From: Alteromonas naphthalenivorans
GTDB lineage: Bacteria > Babelota > Babeliae > Babelales > CAIQNR01
Length of the DNA stretch: 21,186 nucleotides
Assembly (NCBI GenBank): GCA_047631715.1
Contig: JBLICC010000013.1
Coordinates: forward strand, 1 to 21,186
Direction: 5' to 3'
Of the stretch, positions 1-9,800 are shown piece after piece. Made by a program: the position numbers and the translations under genes. The notes under the pieces were generated by a model. The model searched no databases, was not told where the DNA came from, and worked only from the letters and a program-made list of their open reading frames with translations. The number at the start of each line of letters is the position of its first letter. Position 1 is the stretch's first letter.

Positions 1-447
1 AACGATGAAGCTGCATTTAATGCTTTTAACTGGAATAATCCAAGCAACCCTCAAGAAAAAATAGATTTTTTAAATGCACAACTTAAAGAAAAATTCTTTC
101 CTCCCGGATACACTGTTTCTGTGTTTCCAGGAATTATTTTACAAAGTACCTCTAGCCTTGTTATTAAAAAAACAAAAGTGACATGGACTTTGGGTTCTGA
201 TTTTTGGTTCCATTCAAAAGAACAGTTTGGCACTATTGATACGCCAAGCACTATCAGTAAACATTTACTCGAAAAAGACAAAGCTAAAATGGGCAATCGT
301 TTTCAATCCTCCATGTGGATTGCTCTTGATAAAAATTCTCAACCCGATATCACCTGGAACTATGGAGCACGAGTATCAGTTGGTGGTTTGAGTAGTGGAA
401 TTGGTCAAAGTACCAGTTTTGCTTTATATATTAAAAAATTATTTTAA
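1..447 (+). CDS. C-terminal part of a probable outer-membrane beta-barrel protein (5' truncated by the window)
   Basis: Frame +1 is open from base 1 (NDEAAFNAFNWNNPSN...) to TAA at 445-447, so the 121..447 ORF is only its tail. It has amphipathic strand-like segments (VTWTLGSDFWF, ITWNYGARVSV) and ends FALYIKKLF with a terminal Phe resembling a beta-signal. Confidence 0.5.
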   Translation, partial: NDEAAFNAFNWNNPSNPQEKIDFLNAQLKEKFFPPGYTVSVFPGIILQSTSSLVIKKTKVTWTLGSDFWFHSKEQFGTIDTPSTISKHLLEKDKAKMGNRFQSSMWIALDKNSQPDITWNYGARVSVGGLSSGIGQSTSFALYIKKLF

Positions 448-467
448 TCTTCCAAAAAGGGATTATC

Positions 468-1112
468 ATGAACAAAAAACTTGTTCTTTCTATCTTATTG
501 TTAACCAGCTTATCTTTTGGTCTCAAAGCACGAGTTAAAATGGATCTCGAAGATCCTATTTTACAACTTGTAGATGGTGTTCCAGGAGCAATGGACGCGT
601 ATTCTTTTAAAAAATGCTTCGATACCTGGTCTGTTATTAATAACGTACAATATAAAAAACCCTATGCTATCGACTCAATAACTACAACTCTTAAAGATTT
701 AGTAATTAAAGAACAGAAGTATATAAAACTGGGAACCTTAAAAACAGATCCAGACTATGCGCAACTATTAACAACATTAGTAGAAATTAAAAAAGACTTT
801 ATTACAGAAACTACCAATCTTTTAGATCAAGCAAAAAGCACTGATCAAGAAGAAGAAAATAATCGCAAACTTGTTGCGCTATGGATTAAAAAGCAAAAAC
901 GTACAAACTCTCTTTTGGCTTCGTGGGGCACAGAAGAAGAAACTGCATTGCTCGAAAAAGCCGACAGCAAAACATTTTTTGTGTTTCTTAACGATTTAAA
1001 GTACTTTTTAGAAGACCTTATGTACAGTTGTAAAAAATCTCGTACAATGTTCAAAGAAGAGTGTCTTAAAAAATCTGATCACGCTTCTTTCGATAAGTTC
1101 TTTACCAATTAG
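468..1112 (+). CDS. Exported hypothetical protein, predicted helical
   Basis: 214 aa ORF with AAGGGA RBS and Sec-like signal MNKKLVLSILLLTSLSFGLKA. It ends 9 nt before recD2. Confidence 0.75.
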   Translation: MNKKLVLSILLLTSLSFGLKARVKMDLEDPILQLVDGVPGAMDAYSFKKCFDTWSVINNVQYKKPYAIDSITTTLKDLVIKEQKYIKLGTLKTDPDYAQLLTTLVEIKKDFITETTNLLDQAKSTDQEEENNRKLVALWIKKQKRTNSLLASWGTEEETALLEKADSKTFFVFLNDLKYFLEDLMYSCKKSRTMFKEECLKKSDHASFDKFFTN

Positions 1113-1121
1113 AAAGGCATT

Positions 1122-3293
1122 ATGGAAGTACTAAACGGAACCATCGATCGTTTTTTGTTTCAAAACGAGGAGAGTGGATTTGCTGTTTTTGTACTTCAAG
1201 TAAAGAAAGATCAAACGGTTGTGGTACGTGGAACAGCTCCTGCTCTACAACCCGGCCAACAAGTAGAACTTTCTGGTGATTGGGTTGTTCATCCAAAATT
1301 TGGTAAACAATTTGATGCCCAACAATGCCAAGTCTGCTTACCTAGTAGTGCAATTGGTCTAAAAAAATATCTTGGCTCAGGTATGATCAAAGGCATTGGA
1401 AAAGTCTATGCAGAAAAATTGGTTGACTATTTTGGAACATCAGTTTTAGATATTATCGATCAAAACCCCGAACGTTTGCGTGAAGTTCCTGGTGTAGGAA
1501 AAAAACGCGTAGACACTATAATAGAAGCTTGGAAAGACCAAAAAGATATTGCCGACGTTATGGTCTTCTTACAAGAAAAAGGCGCTTCCACTGCCTATGC
1601 GGCAAAAATTTATAAAAAATATGGCGCCAATTCTATTGCACTCATGACAGAAAATCCCTACCGAATAGCAGAAGATATTTGGGGCATCGGTTTTAAAATA
1701 GCAGATCAAATTGCACAGAATTTAGGGTTCGAAAAAGAATCGGTTAAACGCGTAAAAGCAGGAATACTTTTTGCTATTACTACCGATACCACAATGGGTA
1801 ATTTATATATTGAAATAGACCCTCTCAAAAAATCCACTATCAAATTACTCGAACTTGATGAATCAACTATTACCGATACGCTTAGACGTGCCTTACATGA
1901 ACTTTATAACGAAGACAAAATAAAATTATTAACACACCAAGGCAAACATTTTGTTACTCTTCCAAAGTTTTATCATACAGAAAAAAACGTTGCGGAAAAA
2001 CTCAAAAAACTACTTGCACAAAAAGCGTTTAAAACATTTGATCTAAAAAAAGTATACACGCAAATACGAACCCCCAAAGAAGGCCAAGTAGAACTCAATG
2101 AGTCGCAACAAAAGGGTATTTTAAACTGTTTGCAAAACAAAGTATCGATTATAACAGGTGGTCCAGGAACAGGAAAAACCACACTTGTTAAAAACTTATT
2201 GAATGTACTTGATAACGAAAAAGTTAATTATAAACTCGCCGCTCCAACAGGACGTGCTGCAAAACGAATGACAGAAAGCACCGGTCGCTATGCTGTTACT
2301 CTCCATAGACTTCTTGAGTTTAACATGCAAACTATGGGCTTTACCTATAACGAACAAAACGCTTTAAAAACAGATTTTTTAATTGTTGATGAAGCTTCTA
2401 TGATCGATATCTTTCTCGCCTATGGCCTTTTACGCGCATTGCCTTTAACTGCTCATGTTATTTTTATTGGTGATATAGATCAATTGCCCTCTGTAGGCGC
2501 AGGAAATTTTTTAAAAGATCTGATTGCAAGTAAACAAGCGGGTACTACAAAATTAAATTACATCTTTAGACAAGCACAAAACAGTTTGATTACTTATAAT
2601 GCTCATCAAATTAACAAAGGTGAATTCCCTTCTTTTGAAGCTCCCAATACTTTTCAAGATTACATGTTTATTAAAGAAGACAAACCAGAAAACTTGCCCT
2701 TGCACCTCAAGCGTATTTATCAATCAAAACTCCCACGGTGCGGCATAAAATCAAATAGAAGCATTGTACTTTCTCCTATGAATCGTGGAACCGGTGGAAC
2801 TCAAAAGATTAATCAAGATCTACAAATGTTGCTTAATCCAACAGATAAACCATCTCTTTCTAAATTGCAGCACACCTTTAAAGTTGACGATAGAGTTATG
2901 CAAATAAGAAACAATTACGATAAACATGTTTTTAATGGAGACATTGGATCAATAGAAAGCATTAATCATAACGACAAAGTTTTAAATGTAACGTATCCAG
3001 AAAAAACCGTAGAATATGATTTCTTAGAACTTGATGAACTGCTTCTTGCCTATGCTATTTCTATTCATAAAAGCCAAGGTTCAGAATTTGATGCGGTTAT
3101 TATTCCACTCTTTATGCAACACTTTACCCTGCTACAACGAAATTTAGTGTATACGGCGTTAACTCGTGCTAAGAAATTTTGTATTATTATTGGGCAACCC
3201 AGAGCTTTGGCAATGGCAATAAAAAACAATAAAGGTACCATGCGAACTACGTTTTTGAACGAATTTCTAACTACGGACTTGGTATGTCGATAA
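1122..3293 (+). CDS. recD2: ATP-dependent RecD-like SF1B DNA helicase (RecD2)
   Basis: N-terminal HPKFGKQF and GIG/GVGKK HhH repeats, Walker A GGPGTGKT, APTGRAA, Walker B DEASM, GDIDQLPSVGAG, IFRQA, and AYAISIHKSQGSEF...YTALTRAK. Confidence 0.96.
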   Translation: MEVLNGTIDRFLFQNEESGFAVFVLQVKKDQTVVVRGTAPALQPGQQVELSGDWVVHPKFGKQFDAQQCQVCLPSSAIGLKKYLGSGMIKGIGKVYAEKLVDYFGTSVLDIIDQNPERLREVPGVGKKRVDTIIEAWKDQKDIADVMVFLQEKGASTAYAAKIYKKYGANSIALMTENPYRIAEDIWGIGFKIADQIAQNLGFEKESVKRVKAGILFAITTDTTMGNLYIEIDPLKKSTIKLLELDESTITDTLRRALHELYNEDKIKLLTHQGKHFVTLPKFYHTEKNVAEKLKKLLAQKAFKTFDLKKVYTQIRTPKEGQVELNESQQKGILNCLQNKVSIITGGPGTGKTTLVKNLLNVLDNEKVNYKLAAPTGRAAKRMTESTGRYAVTLHRLLEFNMQTMGFTYNEQNALKTDFLIVDEASMIDIFLAYGLLRALPLTAHVIFIGDIDQLPSVGAGNFLKDLIASKQAGTTKLNYIFRQAQNSLITYNAHQINKGEFPSFEAPNTFQDYMFIKEDKPENLPLHLKRIYQSKLPRCGIKSNRSIVLSPMNRGTGGTQKINQDLQMLLNPTDKPSLSKLQHTFKVDDRVMQIRNNYDKHVFNGDIGSIESINHNDKVLNVTYPEKTVEYDFLELDELLLAYAISIHKSQGSEFDAVIIPLFMQHFTLLQRNLVYTALTRAKKFCIIIGQPRALAMAIKNNKGTMRTTFLNEFLTTDLVCR

Positions 3294-3970
3294 AGTGTTT
3301 TTTCTTATTATCTTTGTCTATTTTAACGCTGAACTCAAAACAAAAAACATTTACTATCATGCTCGATCCTGCTGGTGATGCGCAACATGCAGGGAGAAAA
3401 ATAGGTGACCACCTTGAAAGAGGGCCTTCTCTACGATTCGCAGAATCTATTCAAGATAGTATCAAAGAATCTCATTCAGACATTCGTGTAGTACTTACAC
3501 GGTTTCCAGGAGAAACGATTCAACCAAGGCAAAATGCATCATTCGCAAATCGTCTTGATGTGGATTTATATATCAGTATTCATTTTTTTAAACAAACAAC
3601 ACAAAAGTCACTTTTTCATCTCTTCTTTTTTTGTATAGACCCAACCACAGATTTTTGGTCTATACCAAACACAGAATTAGTTTTTTTAAAATCAAACGAA
3701 ATTCATAAGCAATCAATAACAACAAGCAAGCAATGGACGTATCTACTTTTTGATGCTCTCCAATCATACAAAAACATCTTTACTCTTTCTCAACCACTAG
3801 GTATTCCTTTTAAACCATTGTATGGCATTAAGTCCCCAAGCATTGGTATAGAAGTAAGCCTTAATCATCCAGAAGACTGGATCCGTTATGTGCAGCCACT
3901 ACAAAATAGCATAAGCACTCTTATTGCACATGCAAAAAAAGAGAAAGGTTATCGTGGTATTTTCTCATAA
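3284..3970 (+). CDS. N-acetylmuramoyl-L-alanine amidase family (Amidase_3) protein with atypical first Zn motif
   Basis: Signal peptide, then IMLDPAGD..ER..L, VVLTR, R..FANRLDVDLYISIH and PSIGIEV, matching the Amidase_3 layout. Overlaps the recD2 stop by 10 nt. Confidence 0.8.
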   Translation: MSIKCFFLLSLSILTLNSKQKTFTIMLDPAGDAQHAGRKIGDHLERGPSLRFAESIQDSIKESHSDIRVVLTRFPGETIQPRQNASFANRLDVDLYISIHFFKQTTQKSLFHLFFFCIDPTTDFWSIPNTELVFLKSNEIHKQSITTSKQWTYLLFDALQSYKNIFTLSQPLGIPFKPLYGIKSPSIGIEVSLNHPEDWIRYVQPLQNSISTLIAHAKKEKGYRGIFS

Positions 3971-4505
3971 CTATTTTAAAACATTACTTTTAGCAACTAC
4001 TTTTTGTTCTGGCATCATTTTTTTTATGGTGCACAATCAATGGCTTATTATTCATATCAACACAGGAAAATCAGCTCTTGGTAATAAAACGCTAGCTATA
4101 GAAAAGAAATCACTTCGTCTTCATTTTTGGCATGAAGACTCATGGCATCACGAAGATACAGAAATATTATGGTCGCAAGATAATGCAAAAAACATTTTAT
4201 ATAGCACCAATCGCTGGCTTTCTCTTCTTGATGAAGAAGCAGTTCATTCAAAAAAAGTGACTCTGCAAAGCGTAACACTTTCTTCGTCTGGCACTATTGC
4301 TTATATATCATTCGATCGCTACCCCTTTGAGCCCGAATCTTCTACCTACGATAAGTATATGTTTATAGAGGGTTTACTCAAAACGCTCAGAGAGCAACCT
4401 ATGCCCATTACTCATCTTTATTTTTTGGTTCATCACAAGTTTTTGGATGATTATCATTTAGACTTTTCCCATCCTTGGCCTTTAAAAAGTTTTTTACAAG
4501 ACTAA
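3954..4505 (+). CDS. Membrane-anchored GerMN-like domain protein
   Basis: One N-terminal TM segment, then LQSVTL..GTIAYISF...E..FIEGLLKTL.....HLYFLV, resembling GerMN. GTG at 3954 follows AGAAAGG and is preferred over TTG 3924 or ATG 3930. Confidence 0.6.
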   Translation: MVFSHNYFKTLLLATTFCSGIIFFMVHNQWLIIHINTGKSALGNKTLAIEKKSLRLHFWHEDSWHHEDTEILWSQDNAKNILYSTNRWLSLLDEEAVHSKKVTLQSVTLSSSGTIAYISFDRYPFEPESSTYDKYMFIEGLLKTLREQPMPITHLYFLVHHKFLDDYHLDFSHPWPLKSFLQD

Positions 4506-4619
4506 ATACCGACCCATCAATATTTTCTCCTACAGGCATAATAACTCTCTATCTTTTATAAAAAAGGCATGCTAGTTTTTGTTATGAACTTTAACCTTTT
4601 TTCCTATAAGGAGAATGTC

Positions 4620-5144
4620 ATGAACAAGTCTATTCTTCTGCTGATCAGCCTCATAATCTGTACTGTTCAAGCAAAAGAAACCAACCCTACAAAACGATGG
4701 AACAAGCACTACGGCATTGCACAACTGACCTCATCCGACAAGAACGGTCTTGCAACCGGTCTGTATTATCTACTTAAACATAAAGGTAATACCAAGAAGA
4801 CGCCCTCTAGCGTCAAACAATTTTATTCTATTGCAGAAAACACCTGTCATTATTTATGTAAAAATGCTTATTTAAATGCGTTCGAAACTTCTGTAAAAGC
4901 TAGCTTAGATAAAAAACAAAAAGAAAAAATGTGGACAGAAACATTATTGCCTTACTATACAACCGTACTCAACATGCTCGAAGATGAAGATCAAACCATC
5001 TCATTTGGTGCTGATCGTGGTAAAAAATTACCAACAACAGTATTTGAACTTGATCGCGCTCTTCATCCACGGGTACAACAGAAAACAGTTATACAAGTAA
5101 ATAACTCAGGTTTTTCTGTACATTGTCAATTACAACAACTTTAG
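4620..5144 (+). CDS. Secreted hypothetical protein
   Basis: ATG at 4620 follows TAAGGAG, a better start than 4569. Signal peptide MNKSILLLISLIICTVQA. No recognisable domain. Confidence 0.75.
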   Translation: MNKSILLLISLIICTVQAKETNPTKRWNKHYGIAQLTSSDKNGLATGLYYLLKHKGNTKKTPSSVKQFYSIAENTCHYLCKNAYLNAFETSVKASLDKKQKEKMWTETLLPYYTTVLNMLEDEDQTISFGADRGKKLPTTVFELDRALHPRVQQKTVIQVNNSGFSVHCQLQQL

Positions 5145-5150
5145 AATTCA

Positions 5151-5182
5151 AAAAAAAAAGGCCTCGTAACTGAGGCCTTTTT
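5151..5182. terminator. Bidirectional intrinsic terminator
   Basis: AAAAAGGCCTC-gtaact-GAGGCCTTTTT hairpin flanked by A and T tracts, between convergent genes. Confidence 0.9.
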
Positions 5183-5204
5183 ACTTATATAAATTATTTT
5201 TATT

Positions 5205-5483
5205 TTATTTATTTGCAGCAGCTTTTTGTCTTTGTGCAAGAACAGCTAAAATTGCTGGATTCTCTTTAATTTGTTGCAGCACGCTTTCTTCATAACTCAA
5301 TGGCTCTGTAGATTGCGATGAATCTTTATCATCAAACAACTGTTCAACTTCATCTACACCTTCTGATATCACATTATCAACCACTGCTTCAATTTTTTCT
5401 ATATAATCTTGTTGCGGTTGTTCTGTCGCATGTATAAACGCTATCGCACTCAATAATATACTTACTACTATTTTTCTCTTCAT
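5205..5483 (-). CDS. Small acidic secreted protein, N-terminal paralog of the neighbouring RING protein
   Basis: AAGGAG RBS, signal MKRKIVVSILLSAIAFIHA, and EQPQQDY...EVEQL shared with 5510..6064. Confidence 0.75.
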   Translation of the reverse strand: MKRKIVVSILLSAIAFIHATEQPQQDYIEKIEAVVDNVISEGVDEVEQLFDDKDSSQSTEPLSYEESVLQQIKENPAILAVLAQRQKAAANK

Positions 5484-5509
5484 TCTAAACTCCTTAAAAA
5501 CATTTAACT

Positions 5510-6064
5510 CTATAAATCATCTCTACCGTCACGAAGAAATCGATTCTGTCTATCAAGTTCAAATGGCACTGGCATCATATCAGCACCTAAATATGAAGGT
5601 TCTGCTGGTTCAGTATCTCTTCTTCTTCTTCTTTCTCTTAATCTCTGTCTTACTCGTTGCTGAATGTTTCGGCCTACTCGCGCTACATATTGCAACATAT
5701 TTTCACCTTGTTGGCGCATATAACCTTCTGTAGTAACACCTGCATGATTAAAATTAGCTCTACATAACGGACAAGAATTTTTCTGTTGTATCCATGGTCT
5801 TAAACATTCATGATGAAAAGAATGTTCACATGGTGTTGTAGCTATTGCTTGCGGTGGTATCATACCTGCCAAACAAATTGGACAATTTGCATGCTCTTCT
5901 TCTGATCCATGAGCATTGCCATCTACCAACTGTTCAACTTCCCCTACCGCATGACCAACCATATCTTCTGCTTGCTCAACATAATCTTGTTCTGGTTGCT
6001 CTGCCGCATTAAGATTTAAACATCCAAATACAAACAATACACTTAAAAACAACTTATTCATCAT
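5510..6064 (-). CDS. Secreted RING-H2 (C3H2C3) finger protein, putative E3 ubiquitin ligase effector
   Basis: AAGGAGG RBS and signal peptide (..GCLNLNA). CPIC-x14-CEHSFHHEC-LRPW-x6-CPLCR is a complete RING-H2 with the conserved Trp and Pro, followed by an Arg-rich stretch. Confidence 0.88.
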   Translation of the reverse strand: MMNKLFLSVLFVFGCLNLNAAEQPEQDYVEQAEDMVGHAVGEVEQLVDGNAHGSEEEHANCPICLAGMIPPQAIATTPCEHSFHHECLRPWIQQKNSCPLCRANFNHAGVTTEGYMRQQGENMLQYVARVGRNIQQRVRQRLRERRRRRDTEPAEPSYLGADMMPVPFELDRQNRFLRDGRDDL

Positions 6065-6253
6065 TCTAACCTCCTTAAAAATATTAAAATCTCCAATATC
6101 CTATCAGGTTAGCACTTTCGAAGAGATTAAAGCAACAACAATACGCCTAGAAGGCTATATTAAAACAACTTAAGCTTAAACAAATCCAAATATTTTTTTG
6201 TCTTTATATGATATTCTACTACTCAATATAACTTAATTACTCGAAAGAATTTT

Positions 6254-6793
6254 ATGAAAAGACAACAATTATTAACGCTTTTAGAAAACTATCACCCTAC
6301 CGATAGCAAAGAACAAGAATACAAAAAGCGCACTCTAGAGTTTGTTAACCAACACGAAGACTGCTTTGAACGCACTCTAGAAATCGGACACATTACAGGT
6401 TCTGGATGGCTACTCAACAAAGAAGAAACCAAAGCTCTTTTACTTCATCACACAAAACTTGATAGATGGTTTCAACTCGGTGGGCATTGCGATGGCGATT
6501 CAGATGTTCTTGCTGTGACCACTAAAGAGTGCCAAGAAGAATCGGGCATTAATGGTATAGAACCACTGTCTCTTAAAATTTTTGATATCGATATTCATAC
6601 TATTCCAGCTCGCCTTCATGAACCAGAGCACGATCATTACGATATTAGATTTCTACTTAAAGTAACGAGTGACGAAAAATTGGTACAAAACAGAGAATCT
6701 AAAGAACTTAGATGGATCTCAAAAGACCCATCCGAACTTCCTACACAAGAGCGATCCGTAACACGCATGTTTGAAAAATGGCTACAACTATAA
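6254..6793 (+). CDS. Nudix hydrolase
   Basis: GHITGS, LLHHTKLDRWFQLGGHCDG...KECQEESGI Nudix box, DIDIH and HYDIRF. Confidence 0.9.
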   Translation: MKRQQLLTLLENYHPTDSKEQEYKKRTLEFVNQHEDCFERTLEIGHITGSGWLLNKEETKALLLHHTKLDRWFQLGGHCDGDSDVLAVTTKECQEESGINGIEPLSLKIFDIDIHTIPARLHEPEHDHYDIRFLLKVTSDEKLVQNRESKELRWISKDPSELPTQERSVTRMFEKWLQL

Positions 6794-6800
6794 AGTTTTA

Positions 6801-6824
6801 TAAGGTGTCTTTCGAGGCACCTTA
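6801..6824. terminator. Hairpin between convergent genes, probable terminator
   Basis: TAAGGTGTCT-ttcg-AGGCACCTTA forms a 10-bp stem with one G:U pair and a UUCG loop. U-tracts are weak. Confidence 0.65.
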
Positions 6825-6825
6825 A

Positions 6826-9800
6826 CTATACTTCGGGAAACTCTTCTCCGGGTAAATTTTGTTCATCATCTTCTGTTGATGCTTTTTCACCTGGCACTGG
6901 TCTACCTGAAGGATCGAGATATTGATGATTTTTAGATTCACCCATCATACGAATAACACGTACAGGGAATGCAATTTCTATATGATTATCGTGAAGATAC
7001 TTAACAATAGAAAGCCGTACATCACTGGCAATAATCCATTGCTGCAAAGTCATTTCTGAACTCACATAACCACGAACCATAAAAATATAACCTGATGGTC
7101 CAAATTCTTCTAAACGAATAATTGGTGGTGGTGTTTTAAGAACATTATTTACATTCATAACAGCTTGCATTAATACTTCTTTAGTTTTAACTGGATCTGC
7201 AGCATAACGAATGCCTACAATAATATCGGGGAACGTTATAAATCCACTGGTATAATCCCAGTTCATAATAACTTCTTGCATCAGTTTGCTATTAGGAACG
7301 ACCAAATGAAAGCTTCTTTTTCGGCGCAAAATAACAGCACGGGGAGTAATTTTTCTAACTACACCACTCACTTCATCACTAATTTTAATATAATCACCAA
7401 TTTTGAGCGGACGCTGAACTAAGAGTACAAAGTACGCAATAAAATCGTTAAACACTTCTCGCAATGCAAAACCCATACCAACAAGTAGTGGTAACATATA
7501 ATACATAACCAAGAAGCCAAAGCCCTCATGAACCAAGCCAATGGTAATAACCAAAATAACAACAAGATAATATAAAATAGTTGAAACAGCATTGTGCACA
7601 CCCGGATCAACAAGAAGAACGCTAAAGATACGATCCAAAATAAATCGATCAACCAAATGCCCTACCATAAATGCAAATGGTATAAATAAGAAGGTTCTAA
7701 TAAGATCGAATACACTTACACTGTGATATTTACCATCAAGAACACCTATAGCGTATCGTTTCTCCGAAAAGAAACTGCCTACAGAATTAAGAGGAATAGA
7801 ATTCCCCCAGAACCATGCTATACACCATATGCCAAACAGAGAAAAGAAAATAAATAAGAAAACGACGGTTAAACCATACAGTGTTTTAGAACTTTCGAAC
7901 CGTTGGTTAAGCGTTTCTCCATCAGAAGAAAAGAAAATGTATGATGATATTCTACGGCAAAAACCGTACGAAAGCATAAGTAATCGGCCAACCAAAAGCG
8001 TTCCAAACAATCCCCAGAAGAAGTAGGCAACCAAGTTGTCATAACCGCCAATGTGAGGATCACTCAAAATCATGACCGTAATAATAACAATTAAAAGCGT
8101 ATGGTAATACTGGTCAACCAAGCGCCAAAAAAATCCTCCTATATCTGATCGAGAAGGAATAACGCTTAGTAGATCTTCTTTTCTAATAAGTGATAATAAA
8201 AGAATTCTAACAATAATAGAATAGAGCGCTAATAGCACGCTTGGCAATTCTGACTTAGTATACGTTGCTAAAATAAAGGCTTCTCGGAAAAACAATATGC
8301 TAATCGAAGTGTATAAAAATATTGAACCAACAATACTTAAACGTGCAACAAAATGCTCTGGAAACAGTTCTGACTCATGATCTTTATTAAATTGAATAAT
8401 AAAATGAATAAATCGATTGGAAATATAAAGTAAATAAGGAATAGAAACAAGAAAGAAAACAACTGCAGGATAAATCTCTGTAACAGCACTCACCCCAATA
8501 GAGAAAAATAAAAAGAACCAAATATAAAGCGTTATAAGATGTTTTGAAATAAATTCAATACATAAAGCAAGAATACGACTAAAAACAAATGCGCCCCGAT
8601 ACTCGCTCCCAACATCAATAAAGAAACGACTTAGAGTAGGTAAATAACGTTGTAATAAAAAGAAAAATAAGAAAATAAGAAAGAGCTTCCACAAAAGAAT
8701 AATGAGCGATAGAGGGTTTTGTAATAACATTAAAAGCTTACGACTCATAATGTATAATTTAAAACCAGAAAGATACGAAGCTCCTAATGTGCGCACATCT
8801 ACAAAAAAGCTACTCACATCAGGAATAATATTACCGAGTCCTTCTTTTGAAATTGCTCCACCAGAACGATGCCACAAACTCACTCGCTGTAACTCAGCGA
8901 CCATACTTTTAACTTCTTTAATCTCTCCACCCACAGAAACCAATATTTTTGAATAGGCTTCAATTAGTCTTCCTGTATACTCTACCTGTTTTGAAACAAT
9001 GGTTTGAGCACGAGAAAGATAGAGATCGCTCTTATTAAACTTTGATTCTTCGCCTTTAAAGAGCTGATTTCGTTTTTGTTTTAAAGTTGCTTGGTGATTT
9101 TTAACATTAGTTAAAGCTTTATTTTGTAAGCTTAATCGATTAGTTGCAGACACACGCTTATCTTCATAAATAGAGCGCTCCCGTAACATTTCTGCAACAG
9201 ATGCTTGATAACCCGAAATCTCTGTGCTCAATTGATCACTTGATTTAAAATGCTGATGCTTAATTTTGTACCAAGACTCAACAATGCGTAATGCGTTTTC
9301 GTGCTCCTGAAATAAAACTTTTTCTAATACATTTTGTGATTTATTAAAATCAATTTTAACTTCTATAAGACGAACTTCATCATTCTTAAGCCCTCGTTCG
9401 GCAAGAGCAAGAAAGCTGGAGGCGCTAGAAGGAACAGTAATCCATTCGTTTAAATTGGTAATTCCATATTCTTTATCGGGATATTTTACTTCTAACTCAA
9501 GTAGCTCTTTTTTAAGTTTTTCTTCTGCTGTAGAAAGTTTTTCTATTTCGTGCAAGTATTTATCGGTCTTATTAAGATACTCTCGTTTTTGTACTTTAAT
9601 TTTATCCGTAATAACCGCAATATCTTTTTTATCTACCCGTAACGACATACGAACAATAAAATCTTTTTGTGCCCGAGAAGCATTCAAATTCTTTTGCTCT
9701 ACGCTTTCTTTTTCTTCCACTAGTGCTAGTTTTGCACTTTTTTCTTTAACCTGTATATCGGCAAGCTCTTTTTGATATTGAGCCATTTTAACTTCAAAAT

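Noticed and set aside
5043..5563. FELDR peptide and 12-bp tttgaacttgat shared in inverted orientation by the 4620 gene and the RING gene
   Set aside because: Too short in AT-rich DNA, with no flanking similarity and no transposase to suggest terminal inverted repeats.
5615..5650. TCT/TC-rich microsatellite-like run
   Set aside because: It is the reverse complement of AGA codons encoding the poly-Arg tract of the RING protein.
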